Positions 25,525-38,306 of a DNA stretch of 64,000 bases are shown here, in pieces. The translations under genes and the position numbers were made by a program. The notes beneath the pieces were generated by a model, which saw only the letters and a program-made list of their open reading frames with translations, had not been told where the DNA came from and made no database searches. Source of the stretch: Octopus sinensis (taxonomy: Eukaryota); the NCBI RefSeq assembly GCF_006345805.1, contig NC_043002.1:72168001-72232000 (forward strand). Direction: 5' to 3'. Positions within the stretch are counted from its first letter, which is position 1; each line of letters opens with the position of its first letter.

Positions 25525-25525
25525 G
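24500..25525. repeat. Compound trinucleotide microsatellite (ATT/ATC/ACC/GTC/GTT) triplicated as a ~300-bp higher-order repeat
   Basis: Marker atcaccatcaccatcaccatcatcacc at 24621, 24929, 25234; marker gttattgtcattgttgttgtcattgtcgttg at 24770, 25061, 25369. Confidence 0.92.
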
Positions 25526-25610
25526 ATGATAAAACGAATGGTTTATACCTGGCAGCTTACTGGTAAAGCACGTTCGCTTTCACAGTGTTTGTTATGTATG
25601 TGGTTAACCG

Positions 25611-26088
25611 CTACAATTGTTTCGATCCATCTAGAATCGATCCCACACGAGTGGAATATCCAGCAATTGGTTCAGGAACATCCAACAGTACAGACGTGTC
25701 TCTTCGGGTGATAAATAGATATAACTCGTTAAAATAACAGTTCCGTAATATATCTTCTAAGTTCGTGTAAAGAGAAGCAGGAAATTAAAGGATATAGCTT
25801 CATTTATATAGAAAGAAAGTCAATAATAAAATATCAGATGTGTGTTCCTTTCTTTTTCGCATGTTATATTACTATTGAATTTCTTTCTATTTAAATCTAG
25901 CTATATCCTTTAATTTACTGCCTTTCTATACATAACCTGAGAAGATACATTGTGGAAGTGTTATTTTACGTAGTTGTATCAGTTTATCGCCCGGAGAGAT
26001 ACATCTGCACCATCGGATGCTCCTAGATCAGTTGTTGGGTATCCCACAAGCGGTTGGATCGACGTTAGATGGGTCGAAACAATTGTAG
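25611..26088. repeat. Old imperfect palindrome (arms ~25611-25833 and ~25865-26088)
   Basis: Arms align as reverse complements over ~220 bp; mismatches mostly transitions. Confidence 0.9.
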
Positions 26089-26151
26089 TAATAAAACCAC
26101 TCACTCGTATCTTCCATCTTTCATCTCTCATTAACCAAAGACACACCCATG

Positions 26152-26206
<55 letters not shown>

Positions 26207-26469
26207 GGTCATCCCATAATTAATGCGGCTTTTTCAATTGTATGAACTAAAAGTCGGAGAGATGCAGGAAAAACTACCTGCATCAGCTTACTATAAAAGC
26301 AGGTAATAATTTTACATTGAAAATCCCACTAGAATGGGAGAAAGCGCTAATATATGATCTAAGCTATATGATGTATAAAAACATGTAATATACAAATAAA
26401 CATCTGTATATATAAAACCATCCTAATTTCTGAGTACCTCTCTTCTAATATATATGTACATATATGTAT

Positions 26470-26501
<32 letters not shown>

Positions 26502-26502
<1 letters not shown>

Positions 26503-27096
26503 CCCAATGTGGTCTCCCCATACAAGACAAAACATCTCCAGGATTGAGTCACCCCAGAGGGCACTCACTAAACGAATTAAAGGCATGGCTGCTCTCGATT
26601 ATTGGGATCGCCTTAAAGCCTTGAAACTTTACTCCCCCCAGCGTCGCCGTGAGCGGTACATCATTTGTACGATGTGGAGAATTTACCGCCAACTTTGCCC
26701 AAACGACATGAACATTAGCTTCAAGGTTCATCCAAGACTGGGATCACGGGCTATACGTCCCCTGCCCAATTCAAGATCACAACATACATGTACACTGCAA
26801 CATAATTTCTTTTCCTCAACAGGCCCTGCCCTATTTAACATTGTCCCGAGGGAGATCAAAGAGGAAAAGGATCCCATCAACTTTAAACGGAGTCTGGATA
26901 GATTCCTTCAAAGAATACCAGATAAGCCACCCATAATTGGATACAACTCACCCAACAAGAACTCACTACTTGAACAAAACTTGACTTAAACAAAACTTGA
27001 CTTAAACAGGATTCGAATAATTCTATCAGGTGGTGCTATTAAGTTAGACATGGCCTGGACCAATCTTTGGTCGAAACATATCTAAGTTATCTAAGT

Positions 27097-27097
<1 letters not shown>
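26502..27097 (+). mobile_element. CR1-like LINE 3' fragment in (TA)n
   Basis: ORF 26507-26989 WSP...IESPQRALTKRI..LDYWDRLKALKLYS.QRRRERY..GPALFN..FKRSLDRFL; short tandem tail atctaagtt. Confidence 0.85.
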
Positions 27098-27135
<38 letters not shown>

Positions 27136-27190
27136 TTGTGTGTTTGTGTGTATATACATATATATGTATATATATATATATATATACATA

Positions 27191-27292
<102 letters not shown>

Positions 27293-27416
27293 CATGCCAA
27301 GGATCTAAAATCCTTTAAGAGATGTTTGAATCCCACTTCTCCAGTTTATATCAGTGTTCAGTGAAGACTAAATACTTTAGTTTTGCATTGGTCTATATTG
27401 GTATTTAAAATATTTA

Positions 27417-28756
27417 TGATTGAGGAAAGGAAGAAAATGGAGAAATTGATATATAGGCATCAGTTTATTCAAAGATATTCAAATCAATATAATATGAAAT
27501 TCTTATCCCTACAGGCGTTTCCATATCCAATTGATTCAATTAGAGAAACTAAATTAAATTAAATTAAATTAAAATTTTCACATTGAAACTGGTTAATTGA
27601 GTATTTCATCAGGGGAGAATTTCCCAGAAAGGAGTTAGACTCTAACGTATTGGTCGAGCCCCTGACAGACTCAGATGTGAGCGTTTTCGTAATGTATGGA
27701 TTTTTAAAAACCGTTATATATATATATATATATAAAAATGTGTATGATATAGTTGTGCGCATGCGTTTGTAATACATAATAGTTGTCGTTGGTGATGGTG
27801 GTGGTGGTGGTGGTGGTGGTGTAGTTCGGGTGAACTAGAGAGAGACAGAGAGAGATTGAAAGAGAGAGACAGAGAGAGAGATTGAAAGACAGAAACAGAG
27901 AGAGAGAGATTGAAAGAGAGAGAAAGAGATAAGGAGAGCGAGAGAGGGATGGAGAGAGAGCAGTAGTAGTTATCATGTAATTATTACCGCTCTCTTCCTC
28001 ACTCTCTTTCTTCCTTTCTCTCGCTCTGTTTCAATCTCTCTCTATTTCTGTCTCTCTCTCTCTTTCAATCTCTCTCTGTTTTTCTCTCTCTCTCTCTCTC
28101 TTTCAATCTTTCTCTATAACCCCTAGTTCGCCCTAACTGGCCCACCGCCACCAATAACAACTATCATGTATTACAAACGCACGCGCACAACTATATTTGT
28201 TTCGATTCCCAGACCGGGCGTTTTGTGTGTTTATTGAGCGAAAACACGTAGAAAGCTCCACGATCTCTGGCAGGAGTGGTGGAAACCCCTGTTGTACTCT
28301 TTCGCTCCAACTTTCTCTCACTCCGTCTTTCTGTTTCTCGAGTAACGTTGCGATGGACTGGCGTCCCGTCCAGCTAGGAGGAACACATACACCACAGAAA
28401 CCGGGAAACCGAGCCCATGAGCCTGGCTAGGCTTGAAAAATATGTACATATGTTCATAACGGTGTTTTTAAAATACATACATTACCAAAACGCTCACATC
28501 TGAGTCTGTCAAGGGCTCGACCAACACGTTGGAATGTAACTCCTTTCTGAGAAATTCTTTCTCGATGAAATACCCAATTACCCAGTTTTAAAATGAAAAT
28601 TTTAAATTAATTCAATTTAATTTCTTTTAATTTCTCTAATTGAATCAAAAGAATGTGGAACCGGCTGTAGGGATAAATATTATATTGATTTGAATATGTT
28701 TGAATAAACTGATGTCTATGCGTGAATTTCTCCATTTCGTTATTTTTCTCATTCAT
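27417..28756. repeat. Large imperfect palindrome (~560-bp arms, centre ~27975) with a SINE inserted in the right arm
   Basis: 27417-27715 mirrors 28456-28756; 27745-27960 mirrors 27985-28197. Confidence 0.88.
28198..28440 (+). mobile_element. 5'-truncated tRNA-derived SINE
   Basis: Same family as 35975-36282. Confidence 0.85.
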
Positions 28757-28779
28757 ATATATATACATGTGTGTGTGTG

Positions 28780-28829
<50 letters not shown>

Positions 28830-28865
28830 AAAAAGGAGATGTGGAACACGAGTTGTGACATATAA

Positions 28866-29189
28866 AAAAAGGAAATGAAGAAAATGCAGACAAAATAATC
28901 TAAGTAAGGGAGAGTGTATTAATTAGGTGAAAGTTCTTTTTACCGGTTGCGCATTTGTTATGCTTATCAAAAGATATTTTTAAAGAGAGATAGAGTTCCT
29001 TTCTGATAGATTTTTTTTCTCTTATCTGACGTCAGATAAGAAAAAAAAAATCTATCAGAAAGGAACTCTATCTCTCTTAAAAAATATCTTTTGATAAGCA
29101 TAACAAATGCGCAACCGGTAAAAAGAACTTCACCTAATTAAATACACTCTCCCTTACTTAAATTATTTTGTCAGCATTTTCTTCATTTC

Positions 29190-29194
<5 letters not shown>
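28866..29194. repeat. Near-perfect zero-spacer palindrome (~165-bp arms) between (TA)n tracts
   Basis: Centre cttatctgac|gtcagataag at 29030/29031; about six differences between arms. Confidence 0.97.
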
Positions 29195-29260
<66 letters not shown>

Positions 29261-30119
29261 ACACAAAAGGGGACAACAAAACATCCAAATAGACGATACA
29301 AAGAAAACAAGGACAGATCATTCGAAGCCCTCTATCCTCAGTCAAGCGCCATATTATCCTCGCAATTTCGGTTGATTATTCCTGAGATTGTTCCAATCTG
29401 GCCAGCCCCAAGGTAAAACTAAGCTAAGAGCATTAGATTCCTTGGAAGAAAACAGCAAATGTATACAAAAACAAGGACGGAAAAAACAAAGTTACACAAA
29501 TATAAATACAATAATAAATACTATAAAATTCAATAAAAATAATAACAGTATATAACAACAGGTGTCTTTCGACTAAGGACGAATTGAATTACGCTGGCGC
29601 GTGTGGAAATGAAGCCTTGCGGCAGAGATACAAAAATTTCACAAACACAGGGAAGAATATCGATGTTGCACGGACGGCGGTCAGACCAACAAAGAAAGAA
29701 CAGGCTAGGTTGACTTGTGGTCACGTGGGAAGAGAAGAGAGAGACGTAGAAGCTGAGGGACAGAAGAATTAAGGAGGGGCGAGAAAAGAGGACAGGGACA
29801 CAGTGAAGTGAAAAGTGGAGGGAAAGTGTGTAATATATATATATATATACGGGTCAATACCCAGAAACTCGAGTCCGTGTGTATCATACAGGTTGAAGAT
29901 GGAAAGGGTGGCTTCCCTTTGCAAATACTGATAGGGCACAGAAAGTGTGTCAATAGCCAGCTGGAGGAGGTGTCCTCCTGGGGCTACAAGCTACAGTAGC
30001 ATCCACCTTTAGGGGTTAGCCACATTTAAGTGGCAAAAATACTATACATACATACATATATGCACATATATACATAGGTGTATGTATGTATGTATGTAAG
30101 GTGAAACAAATAGACAGAC

Positions 30120-30159
<40 letters not shown>

Positions 30160-30654
30160 GGACATATTCGTTTGGAGCACTATATTATTAGTTAAAGTCG
30201 GTTGACAACTCTCTCTTATTACGTCTTCATATTCATATTACGGGTGAATAAAACAGAAAAGCACTTTATCCTTCGATGCCTGACTGTAGTTGAATATACG
30301 TTAACACTAGGAATAATTCAGGCACGAATGAAGTCAATCTATAGTAATCGATACTGAACATATTGAATTAGGAATTCTAACTTTGGCACATTACCAGAAA
30401 TATGTAATATAGGAAAGACGAGATTAAATTGTCGCCAGTACTATACAGGTATATATTATAAAAAAGAACTGGAGAGATAGCCAACACTATCAAGATTTGA
30501 ACGCAGTACTTTATCATTATCTGTGTATATGTGTATGTTTGTATGTGTGTGTGTGTGTGCATGTATGAACGTATGAACATATTATAAATGAATATATGTG
30601 TGTGTGTATACGCATGTACATATATGGGCGTGTGTGCGTGTGTGTGCGCGCGCG

Positions 30655-30818
30655 TAGGCGTAGCTGTGTGATTAGACATTTGCTTCCAAACCACATGGTT
30701 CCAGGTTCAGTCCCACCGCGTGGCACCTTAAGCAAGTGTGTTCTACTGTAGCCTCGGGCCGACCAAAATCTTGTCAGTGGATGCGGCAGGCAGAAACTGA
30801 AAGAAGCCTGCCGCGCGC

Positions 30819-30855
<37 letters not shown>

Positions 30856-31035
30856 TTACAATAGGTGTTCCTTTGTTTACATCCCCGTATCTTAACGATT
30901 CAGCCTGAAATACTGATAGAATAAATACCTGGTTTTAAAAATTTAGGATTGGCATCGATTCATTCGGCTAAAATTCTTCCACGTGCTGCCCCAGCATGGC
31001 CGCATTCTAATGACTGAAAGAAGTTAAATAGATAT
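30655..31035 (+). mobile_element. Major tRNA-derived SINE with internal (TG)n
   Basis: gcgtagctgtgtg head, ggttcagtccc B box, ccccagcatggccgca tail; same family at 32484, 42150, 47484, 50530, 56704. Confidence 0.85.
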
Positions 31036-31099
31036 GATGGACTCTCCCATCGCTATCGACGTATGGCGGTATATATTGTCAGCGACAACCTACTTTTTC

Positions 31100-31620
31100 T
31101 TTATCAGTCGTAATGCTTATGTCAAATATGACAATATATCCCGCCAACGATTTGCAAAAAAAGCCCACAGATCCTGCAAAGATTACAGGTCAGTGTTGAT
31201 GGTATATTTGCAGCCGCTTTTCTCCTTTGCTTTGAACTAGCTTGTTAATGCTAGTTACAACAAAGTTTCTGAAACCATTTTGACCCAACGATCTCCATTT
31301 TGTTCGCTCCAAAGCTGTTTGCTCAAAGATGTTGTGAGCTATCTTCATTACTAAGAGGTTACTCTTCAGCTTGTTCTTATATCTGAGCCATGGTCGGCCA
31401 ACATTCCTGTGCCCACTATCAAGCCGGCCTTTGTGTAGTCTTTCGTCACTAATTCTGATGACATGGCTAGCACAGCGCAATTGTTATTGCATAAAGAAGC
31501 TCTCGACTCCACCAATCTTACACTTGCTATCTAGGTCGGCGTTAAACCTCTGTCTTTTAGTGAATAGCCATAGATTGTCCTCAGACAGCCTTTATGGAAG
31601 ATATTTAGTATGCGTATGCG
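31100..31620 (-). mobile_element. RTE-clade LINE 3' fragment
   Basis: ORF 31190-31480 CASHVIRISDERL...GHRNVGRPWLRYKNKLKSNL. Confidence 0.85.
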
Positions 31621-31626
31621 TGTGAG

Positions 31627-31724
<98 letters not shown>

Positions 31725-31725
<1 letters not shown>

Positions 31726-32010
31726 TGGATTCACCCGCCGAAGACGACGTAAGAGTGTTCAGCAGTTGCCGAACGACCTGCACAAATGATTTGTTTATAG
31801 CGATCAAACGTATGTGTTGTACGTTAGCTCATTCTCTCCATCAAATCAACGTTGTCTGAGCAGGTGTGCAGTGCACCACACATCAGGTGTCGAAATTATC
31901 GTAGAGCAACGTGAGATGAACTGTTTTGCTCAAGAACACAGAACACCACCCGGTCTAGCTATTGAAACCACAATCTCACGGTCGTAAGTACAACACCCTA
32001 ACCACTAGGG
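31725..32010 (-). mobile_element. tRNA-derived SINE
   Basis: Minus-strand head ctagtggttagggtgttg...gtttcaat; body ttgagcaaaacagttcatctcacgttgctct. Confidence 0.7.
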
Positions 32011-32483
32011 AACGCGTCCTAGATAAACGCATATATATATTGTTATTTATATATATATAGGGTTATGTATGTATACGAAAGGATGTATGAATGGATCTAT
32101 GGATATATAAAACAATTGTTTAATTTCACAGCTCTCACATTTTAAGCAGTCACATATTGCAATTGAGCAATAAACAAATTTAGTATGGCGTCTATGAAGA
32201 AATATAACCTACAATACAAAATCCACAAAACAGGTATTATGTGATCTCCCTGTCAAAGTCAATAGTTGCTGTATTAAGTTTTTACCCTCTGGAATTCAAA
32301 TTATTAAAAATAATAATGTACGCCTCACTGATAACTCAACGGGTAGCATGCTGGTGATTGAGAGCCCATTCAAAATTGGCTTGCACCAACACGACTGCTC
32401 ATTCCACCACAGCCCTTTAAAAAATACCACATCACTGTCCAAACACAAGTAGAAATGAAAGGATTTTATATCTGTATATTAAA

Positions 32484-32692
32484 TACTCTTTTATTCTTTT
32501 ACTTGTATCAGTCATTTGACTGCGGCCATGCTGGAGCACCACCTTTAGTCGAGCAAATCGCCCCCAGGACTTATTCTTTGTAAGCCTAGTACCTATTCTA
32601 TCGGTCTCGTTTGCCGAACCGCTAAGTTACGGGGACGTAAACACACCACCATCGATGTTGGGGGGGGGGGGCAAACACAGACGCACAAACAT

Positions 32693-32731
<39 letters not shown>

Positions 32732-32733
32732 AT

Positions 32734-32796
<63 letters not shown>

Positions 32797-32956
32797 CGAC
32801 GGGCTTCTTTCAGTTTCCGTCTACCAAATCCACTCACAAGGCTTTGGTCGGCTCGAGGCTGTAGAAGACAATTACCCAAGCTGCCACGCAGTGAGACTGA
32901 ACCCAGAACCATGTGGTTCTTAAGCAAGCTACTTACCACACAGCCACTCCTAAGCC
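32484..32956 (-). mobile_element. Major tRNA-derived SINE
   Basis: Reverse complement of the 30655 family, internal (TA)n. Confidence 0.88.
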
Positions 32957-33105
32957 TGGACAGATGTAGCCAAAGAGTTTATCTAAGTTTTGCAAACTCT
33001 CCTAGAGAATCTGAGCACAGCAAACTGCTGGCATATGCTAAAATTACCGTCATCCTGACCAATCAAATGTGTGCAAAGTTTTACTCATTTTAACTATCAT
33101 TTTCT

Positions 33106-33253
33106 ATTGTGTCTGGGGAGAGTAATTTTCTTTTTGTGCCTTATAATGTAACACACTCACCGGTAAAATTTCCACTTATTTCTTATTTTTATTTTTAAGT
33201 GAAAATTTTACATTATATGGCACAAAAAGTAAATGACTCTCCCCAAACACAAT
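33106..33253. repeat. Small fold-back (46-bp outer arms plus 14-bp inner arms)
   Basis: attgtgtctggggagagtaattttctttttgtgccttataatgtaa vs ttacattatatggcacaaaaagtaaatgactctccccaaacacaat. Confidence 0.8.
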
Positions 33254-33726
33254 AAAGTATGCTTCAAGACACGAACTCATATAAAGAACCTCGCAAACCA
33301 AATCCAAAAACGAAAAACTATCATTTTATTATTTTAGATATAGTAATTAGTGCAAGTCACTCTAAAATTGCTTGCACGAAACCTTTAGGTATGAAGACGT
33401 AATACTACTAATAACCTACTCTGCATCTTTCTGACATAGACGTATATTGAGTATCTCCCACTTTTTACTAAATGTTCTCTAAATGTATTGTTTTCCTCTC
33501 AGTTTGAAAACAGAAAAGAAAATGTGGATCTCATTGAGTAGGTAAGTGATGCCAAGAGATTGAAAAAAGAAACCTTTAACGTAGTTTACAAGCTTAGGGA
33601 AAGGATAAGCTGAACTTTACAGGAAAGGAACATCATGTGAATATGTGTGTATGTATATGAGTGTGCGTGCATGTTTGCGTGTGTGTTTGTATCTGCGTGC
33701 GAGCGTGTGTGCATGTGTGTATACGT

Positions 33727-33758
<32 letters not shown>

Positions 33759-34820
33759 ATTTGGCTCAAAAGCAAATAGCAAGGCCATGTAGGGGGACAT
33801 GGAGTTAAGTACAGGGTGGTGTTCATGTAAAGAGTTCAGGCCACTTGAGGTCAAGGGAGGCTTTGAACAAAGCGGTCGTCGGCATCTTCACCATCTCGTC
33901 TGGCAGCTTGTTCCACGGATCCGCAACCCGGACGGAGAAAGCTCCTCTCCTTCGATTGAGATGAAATCGTCGCAGGTAGAGCTTTTCGGAATGACCCCGC
34001 AGCCGACGCTCTGGAGCAGGAGTGAAGAACAGCTCTTTCGAGAGGTTACACTTTCCGCTTATGATGTTGTGGGCGAGAATGAGATCACCACGGCGGCGGC
34101 GTTTTTCAAGAGAATAAAGGTCGAGCGTCCTCAGCCTTTCTTCGTAGGACAAATTTTTGAGACCATGAACCATGCGGGTAGCCAGCTTCTGGACTCTTTC
34201 GAGATGCTGTATGTCTTTGAGGAGATAAGGAGAAGAGGCTTGAATCCCATACTCCAATATGGGTCTCACCAGCGTGACATAGAGTGGTAGGAATATGGCT
34301 GCTGTGAGCATTCCGAATGACCATCGAATCAAGAACAGAATTCCGCGTGCTTTGTTGGCAGCATGGACGCACTGGGCCGAAGGCGAAACGGAGGAATCCA
34401 CCAAGATACCTAGGTCCTTTACCTGATCGGTCCTCTCCAGCAGCAGACGACCCGGTTCGAAATCAAGTTGAGTTGCAGGAGCAGAGTTGACAGGCAGATG
34501 ACAGCACTTTGACACGTTCAGACACAGGTCCCTATTGTTAGACCACTTCCAAATTTGGTGGAGGCATCGACGAAGATCCTCTATATTACCGCGAGGAGCG
34601 ACCAGTTTGATATCGTCGGCAAATAGAAGGGTGTGTTGCGTGAGGTCGTCGGGCAAGTCATTTATGAAGACTAAGAACAACAAGGGCCCAAGCACTGAAC
34701 CTTGAGGCATGCCACTGCTCGCACTGGAGACGTCGGACCGCGAACCATTAACTTGGACTTGGAAGGAGCGATCTGAGAGGAAGGCACCAACCCATCGTAC
34801 AATATCCGGATGGAAACTAT
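33727..34820 (-). mobile_element. Young CR1-clade LINE, 5'-truncated, (TAAC)n tail, inserted in (CA)n-like repeat
   Basis: Uninterrupted RT C-half PQGSVLGPLLF, FADDIK, KDLGILVD, RPILEY, RRRGDLI, RGH, WNKLP; tail ttagttagttag on +. Confidence 0.95.
33823..34820 (-). pseudogene. CR1 ORF2 C-terminal fragment, open frame but no native start (the ATG at 34854 is microsatellite)
   Basis: ORF track 33823-34854. Confidence 0.85.
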
Positions 34821-34870
34821 ATGCTTGTGTGTGCGTTCGTGTGTGTGTGTGCATGCATGCGTGCGCGCGT

Positions 34871-34969
<99 letters not shown>

Positions 34970-35974
34970 CCTCCGATTTGCTGAAAATATCGATAGAGAC
35001 TTCATGAACTTACCAAAAATCAGAATGAGAGACAGAAATCTCGCGAAACAGGACCGAGGGTCTCATCGATACAGCAGCCAAAATTATACTGAACAGACTA
35101 AAACGGTGCTTAGCTTTAATACTCCAGGTCTACTTAGAGTAATTTTGATAAGGTAGATGAAACAGTGACTTGGCCTAAAGTCATCTGTCAAGACGAACCT
35201 GAAGGCCATACAGAAACGCAATTTTATAAGATTTCCCCAAAGCTTAAACTTTACAAGTTTCTATCACTATTTTCATCTGCACGGATGCAGAACGTTTGTG
35301 CCAAGTGATTCAAAAATTTACTACACATCTTGTACGCATACTTCAAGACTAACGAGTTTTCCAGGTAGCAAATCAAGAAATATGCTGCGGGTAGGAAGCA
35401 CGACTTATTATAGACAACGTCGAAAGGTCGGTTGCCATGGGACATATATCTTGCAATAACTCCTTAACTTATTCTATTTTCCAGGACACAGTTGAATAAG
35501 GACAAAGAAGAGGCAAGCAAAAATTGCGTGATCTGGTAACATCAAGGACCGGAGTGAAGGTCAAAATACTCTGGCCATTAGCATGTAGCAAAAGAACAGG
35601 TACTGGTGGTGATTGCTGACTTCTAGAGCGTCTAGAGTGGGTTATGTGACATTTCGGCACAGCCGTTTGTCGCCGCTTTTTTGGCGCTGCTGATACTCTG
35701 TCTATGGCTATGAGTATATCTTTTTTTATATGCATGAGAAGGGAGGAAAGTGTTTGTCAATAGTGTTCAATTAAATTGTAAGGACTCTCTCTCTCTCCCT
35801 CCCTCTCTCTCTCTCCCTCTCTCTCTCCCTCTCTCTCTCTCCCCTTGTATCTCTCACTATTTCTAGCTGTATCTGTATATTTTTGCGCCCGTGTGTTTAT
35901 ACGTGTGTGAGAGAATGTATGCGTGTGTGTATCAGTCTGTATCAGTGTGTGCTTGTCTCCAGCACCAAAATATA

Positions 35975-36282
35975 TTTTCGTCGCCCTTTTCAAGCCTAGC
36001 CAGGCCCTTGGGACCAGTTTCCCGGTTTCTGTGGCGTATGTGTTTCTCCCAGCTGGACGGGACGCCAGTCCATCGCAGAGTTACTCAAGAAACAGAAAGA
36101 GAGAGTGAGAGAAAGTTGTGGTGAAAGAGTACAACAGGGGTCACCACCACCCCTGCCGGAGCCTCGTGGAGCTTATAGGTGTTTTCGCTCAATAAACACA
36201 CACAACGCCCGGACTGGGAAACGAAACCGCGATCCTCCGACCGCGAGTCCGCTGTCCTAACCACTGGGCCATTACGCCTCCA
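35975..36282 (-). mobile_element. Full-length tRNA-derived SINE with 15-bp TSD
   Basis: TSD cagcaccaaaatata at 35960-35974 and 36283-36297; A box tggcccagtgg, B box gtttcgtttcc. Confidence 0.92.
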
Positions 36283-38122
36283 CAGCACCAAAATATACAG
36301 TCGCTAAAATACGCTGAATGTTCAGCCAAATTGTCTGCGTCCAAACAGCACGCCACATTGTCATATTCCGTCAAGTATGTGACGATCCTTCACAGGAATA
36401 TAATAATAGTGATGACATGTGCATGTATGTGTTGGCGTTAGAACGTATCGCGTCATTTTATCGTTACGTGTTTCGGTAAATATATATGTTTAAATGTGTG
36501 TGTGTGCGTGCGTGTGCGTGCGTGCGTGTGCGTGCGTGCGTGTGCGTGCGTGCGTGTGCGTGCGTGCGTGTGCGTGCGTGCGTGTGCGTGCGTGCGTGTG
36601 CGTGCGTGCGTGTGCGTGCGTGCGTGTGCGTGCGTGTGCGTGTGTATGTGTGTGTCTGTGTGTGTGTGTGTGTGTTCATGTGCATTTCAGATGTGAGAAT
36701 ATGTATTTATCAACAGTTTTCTGTAATTACATACTCCTCGAATATTACATAATGAAGGCTTTGAACACTATCAACTCTGAGCTCTGATGCACCGGAACTA
36801 ATTCTCTTCTTAGATTCAGATGTTATTTGAATTCAGCGCTGTTTAACAGAACTGAAACGCATTTATGTAGCTAAGGAAAAAGAGTTATTGTAAATTAATA
36901 TCTTAAAGCAACATTACAACATTATTGTTTAAACAGTTCTAATTGGAATAAATTGCTTTGCTATGAGGAAGTAAAAACACTAACATTGCTAACAGAGCCC
37001 TTCGTTTGGATAGTGATACAGAATCATTTGATGGTAATTAATTGGTTTAATTACAATAGCTGGTTTTCATACCAAACAGAAGACTGAGCGTTAATCCTGC
37101 TTTTATAAACGTTGTAGAAACATTGATGAAGAACCGTTGATTGTTCACTTTCAAAACAAATAGCGTAAACCAAAATACACCATGCAGTAAATTGCGTCAC
37201 TTGTGTTTATGTTAACATACTTAGTCAGTGTAAGGTTAAAGATCCTAGTTGGTAATAAGAGCACGTGATAAGGAAGTAAACTGTCAGATAATGTCTAACT
37301 AATGGATGCAATCGAATGCCTAGAACTAGATTAAAAACCTAACAGTCTGATATCATCCTTAGTTGGCTATTACTCTACAAGTGTTATAAAATGGGAAATT
37401 TGAGATAACTTGGTTTTAACTTTGTTTTATTTCTTTTACTGTTTTACTGTTAGATATATATAATCAAAAATATCGGTGTCTTTAGTTCAAAGAAATACTT
37501 AACACGATCGTATCTCGACGCTGTTTATTACTTCCTATCGTGATGAGATGTGCAGCTGATCAATAGGACACGATTTGAACACTATGCGTGACAAAGTAGT
37601 CTAGCGATAATTTGGTATTTTAAAAAGAATTTGAAATGAAAATAATAAAAAAAAGAAGAAGCAATACTTGCGTATTTGCATCACGTTTATTTGTTGGCAT
37701 TGAGTAGGAATTTTGTTTGCTTATCGTTCTGGGAAGTTTTCTTGTAAGAAGTTGACTATAACAGATTTTGACCTTTCACTGACATTTTGTCTTCAATTTA
37801 AAGTTATTTGTAAACTCTCCAAATTTTCAAATGATCTAGAGCAAATATTGTAGCTACATGACAAAATCTTGATTCAAACGGCTCCGCTGAGAGATATTCG
37901 GTTAAGCGTTTGTGATATTCAGCCAGCTGCTTTTAGTTCAACAACTTACTTTTAGTTTGACTAATCATTCCTAGTTCAGACAATAACTATTAGTTGAAAC
38001 GCTAGTAACACAAGAGAATGGAACAAGTTTCTAGGAGGTGGTATGTTTTTGTGCTTTCTTTTTTCAATGTTGGGAAGGAGAGTGAAACCTGGCAGTTCAA
38101 TGACTTATTATTTAGAGGAAGG

Positions 38123-38306
38123 CAGGCGGTGAGCTGGAAGAATCGTTAGCACGCCGGACAAAATACTTAGCGACATTTCGTCTTCCTTAAGTTATAAGTT
38201 CAAATTCTGCCGAACTTGACATTGCTTTTGCATCCCTTTCGGTGTCAATGTACTCGACTTACTCCATCCCTCGAATTTATTGGCCTTGTACAAAATTTGA
38301 AACCAA
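38123..38306 (+). mobile_element. tRNA-derived SINE with 14-bp TSD
   Basis: TSD tatttagaggaagg at 38109-38122 and 38307-38320. Confidence 0.88.

Noticed and set aside
24479-25566. Long ORFs (up to 359 aa) of poly-L/Y/I/H/S/C
   Set aside because: Pure microsatellite translation; the same applies to the YI, CV, LSIY and MYVC ORFs throughout
29027-29034. TGACGTCA CRE site at the palindrome centre
   Set aside because: A symmetric site is forced by the palindrome; no evidence of function
33503-33541. 39-nt AG...GTAAGT exon candidate (also 35485-35535)
   Set aside because: Phase incompatible with 41100 and no recognisable peptide; such matches are expected by chance
33799-34290. 163-aa + strand ORF
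   Set aside because: Antisense shadow of the CR1 ORF
37975-38040. Exon-like segment with gtatgt donor
   Set aside because: Stops in all three frames
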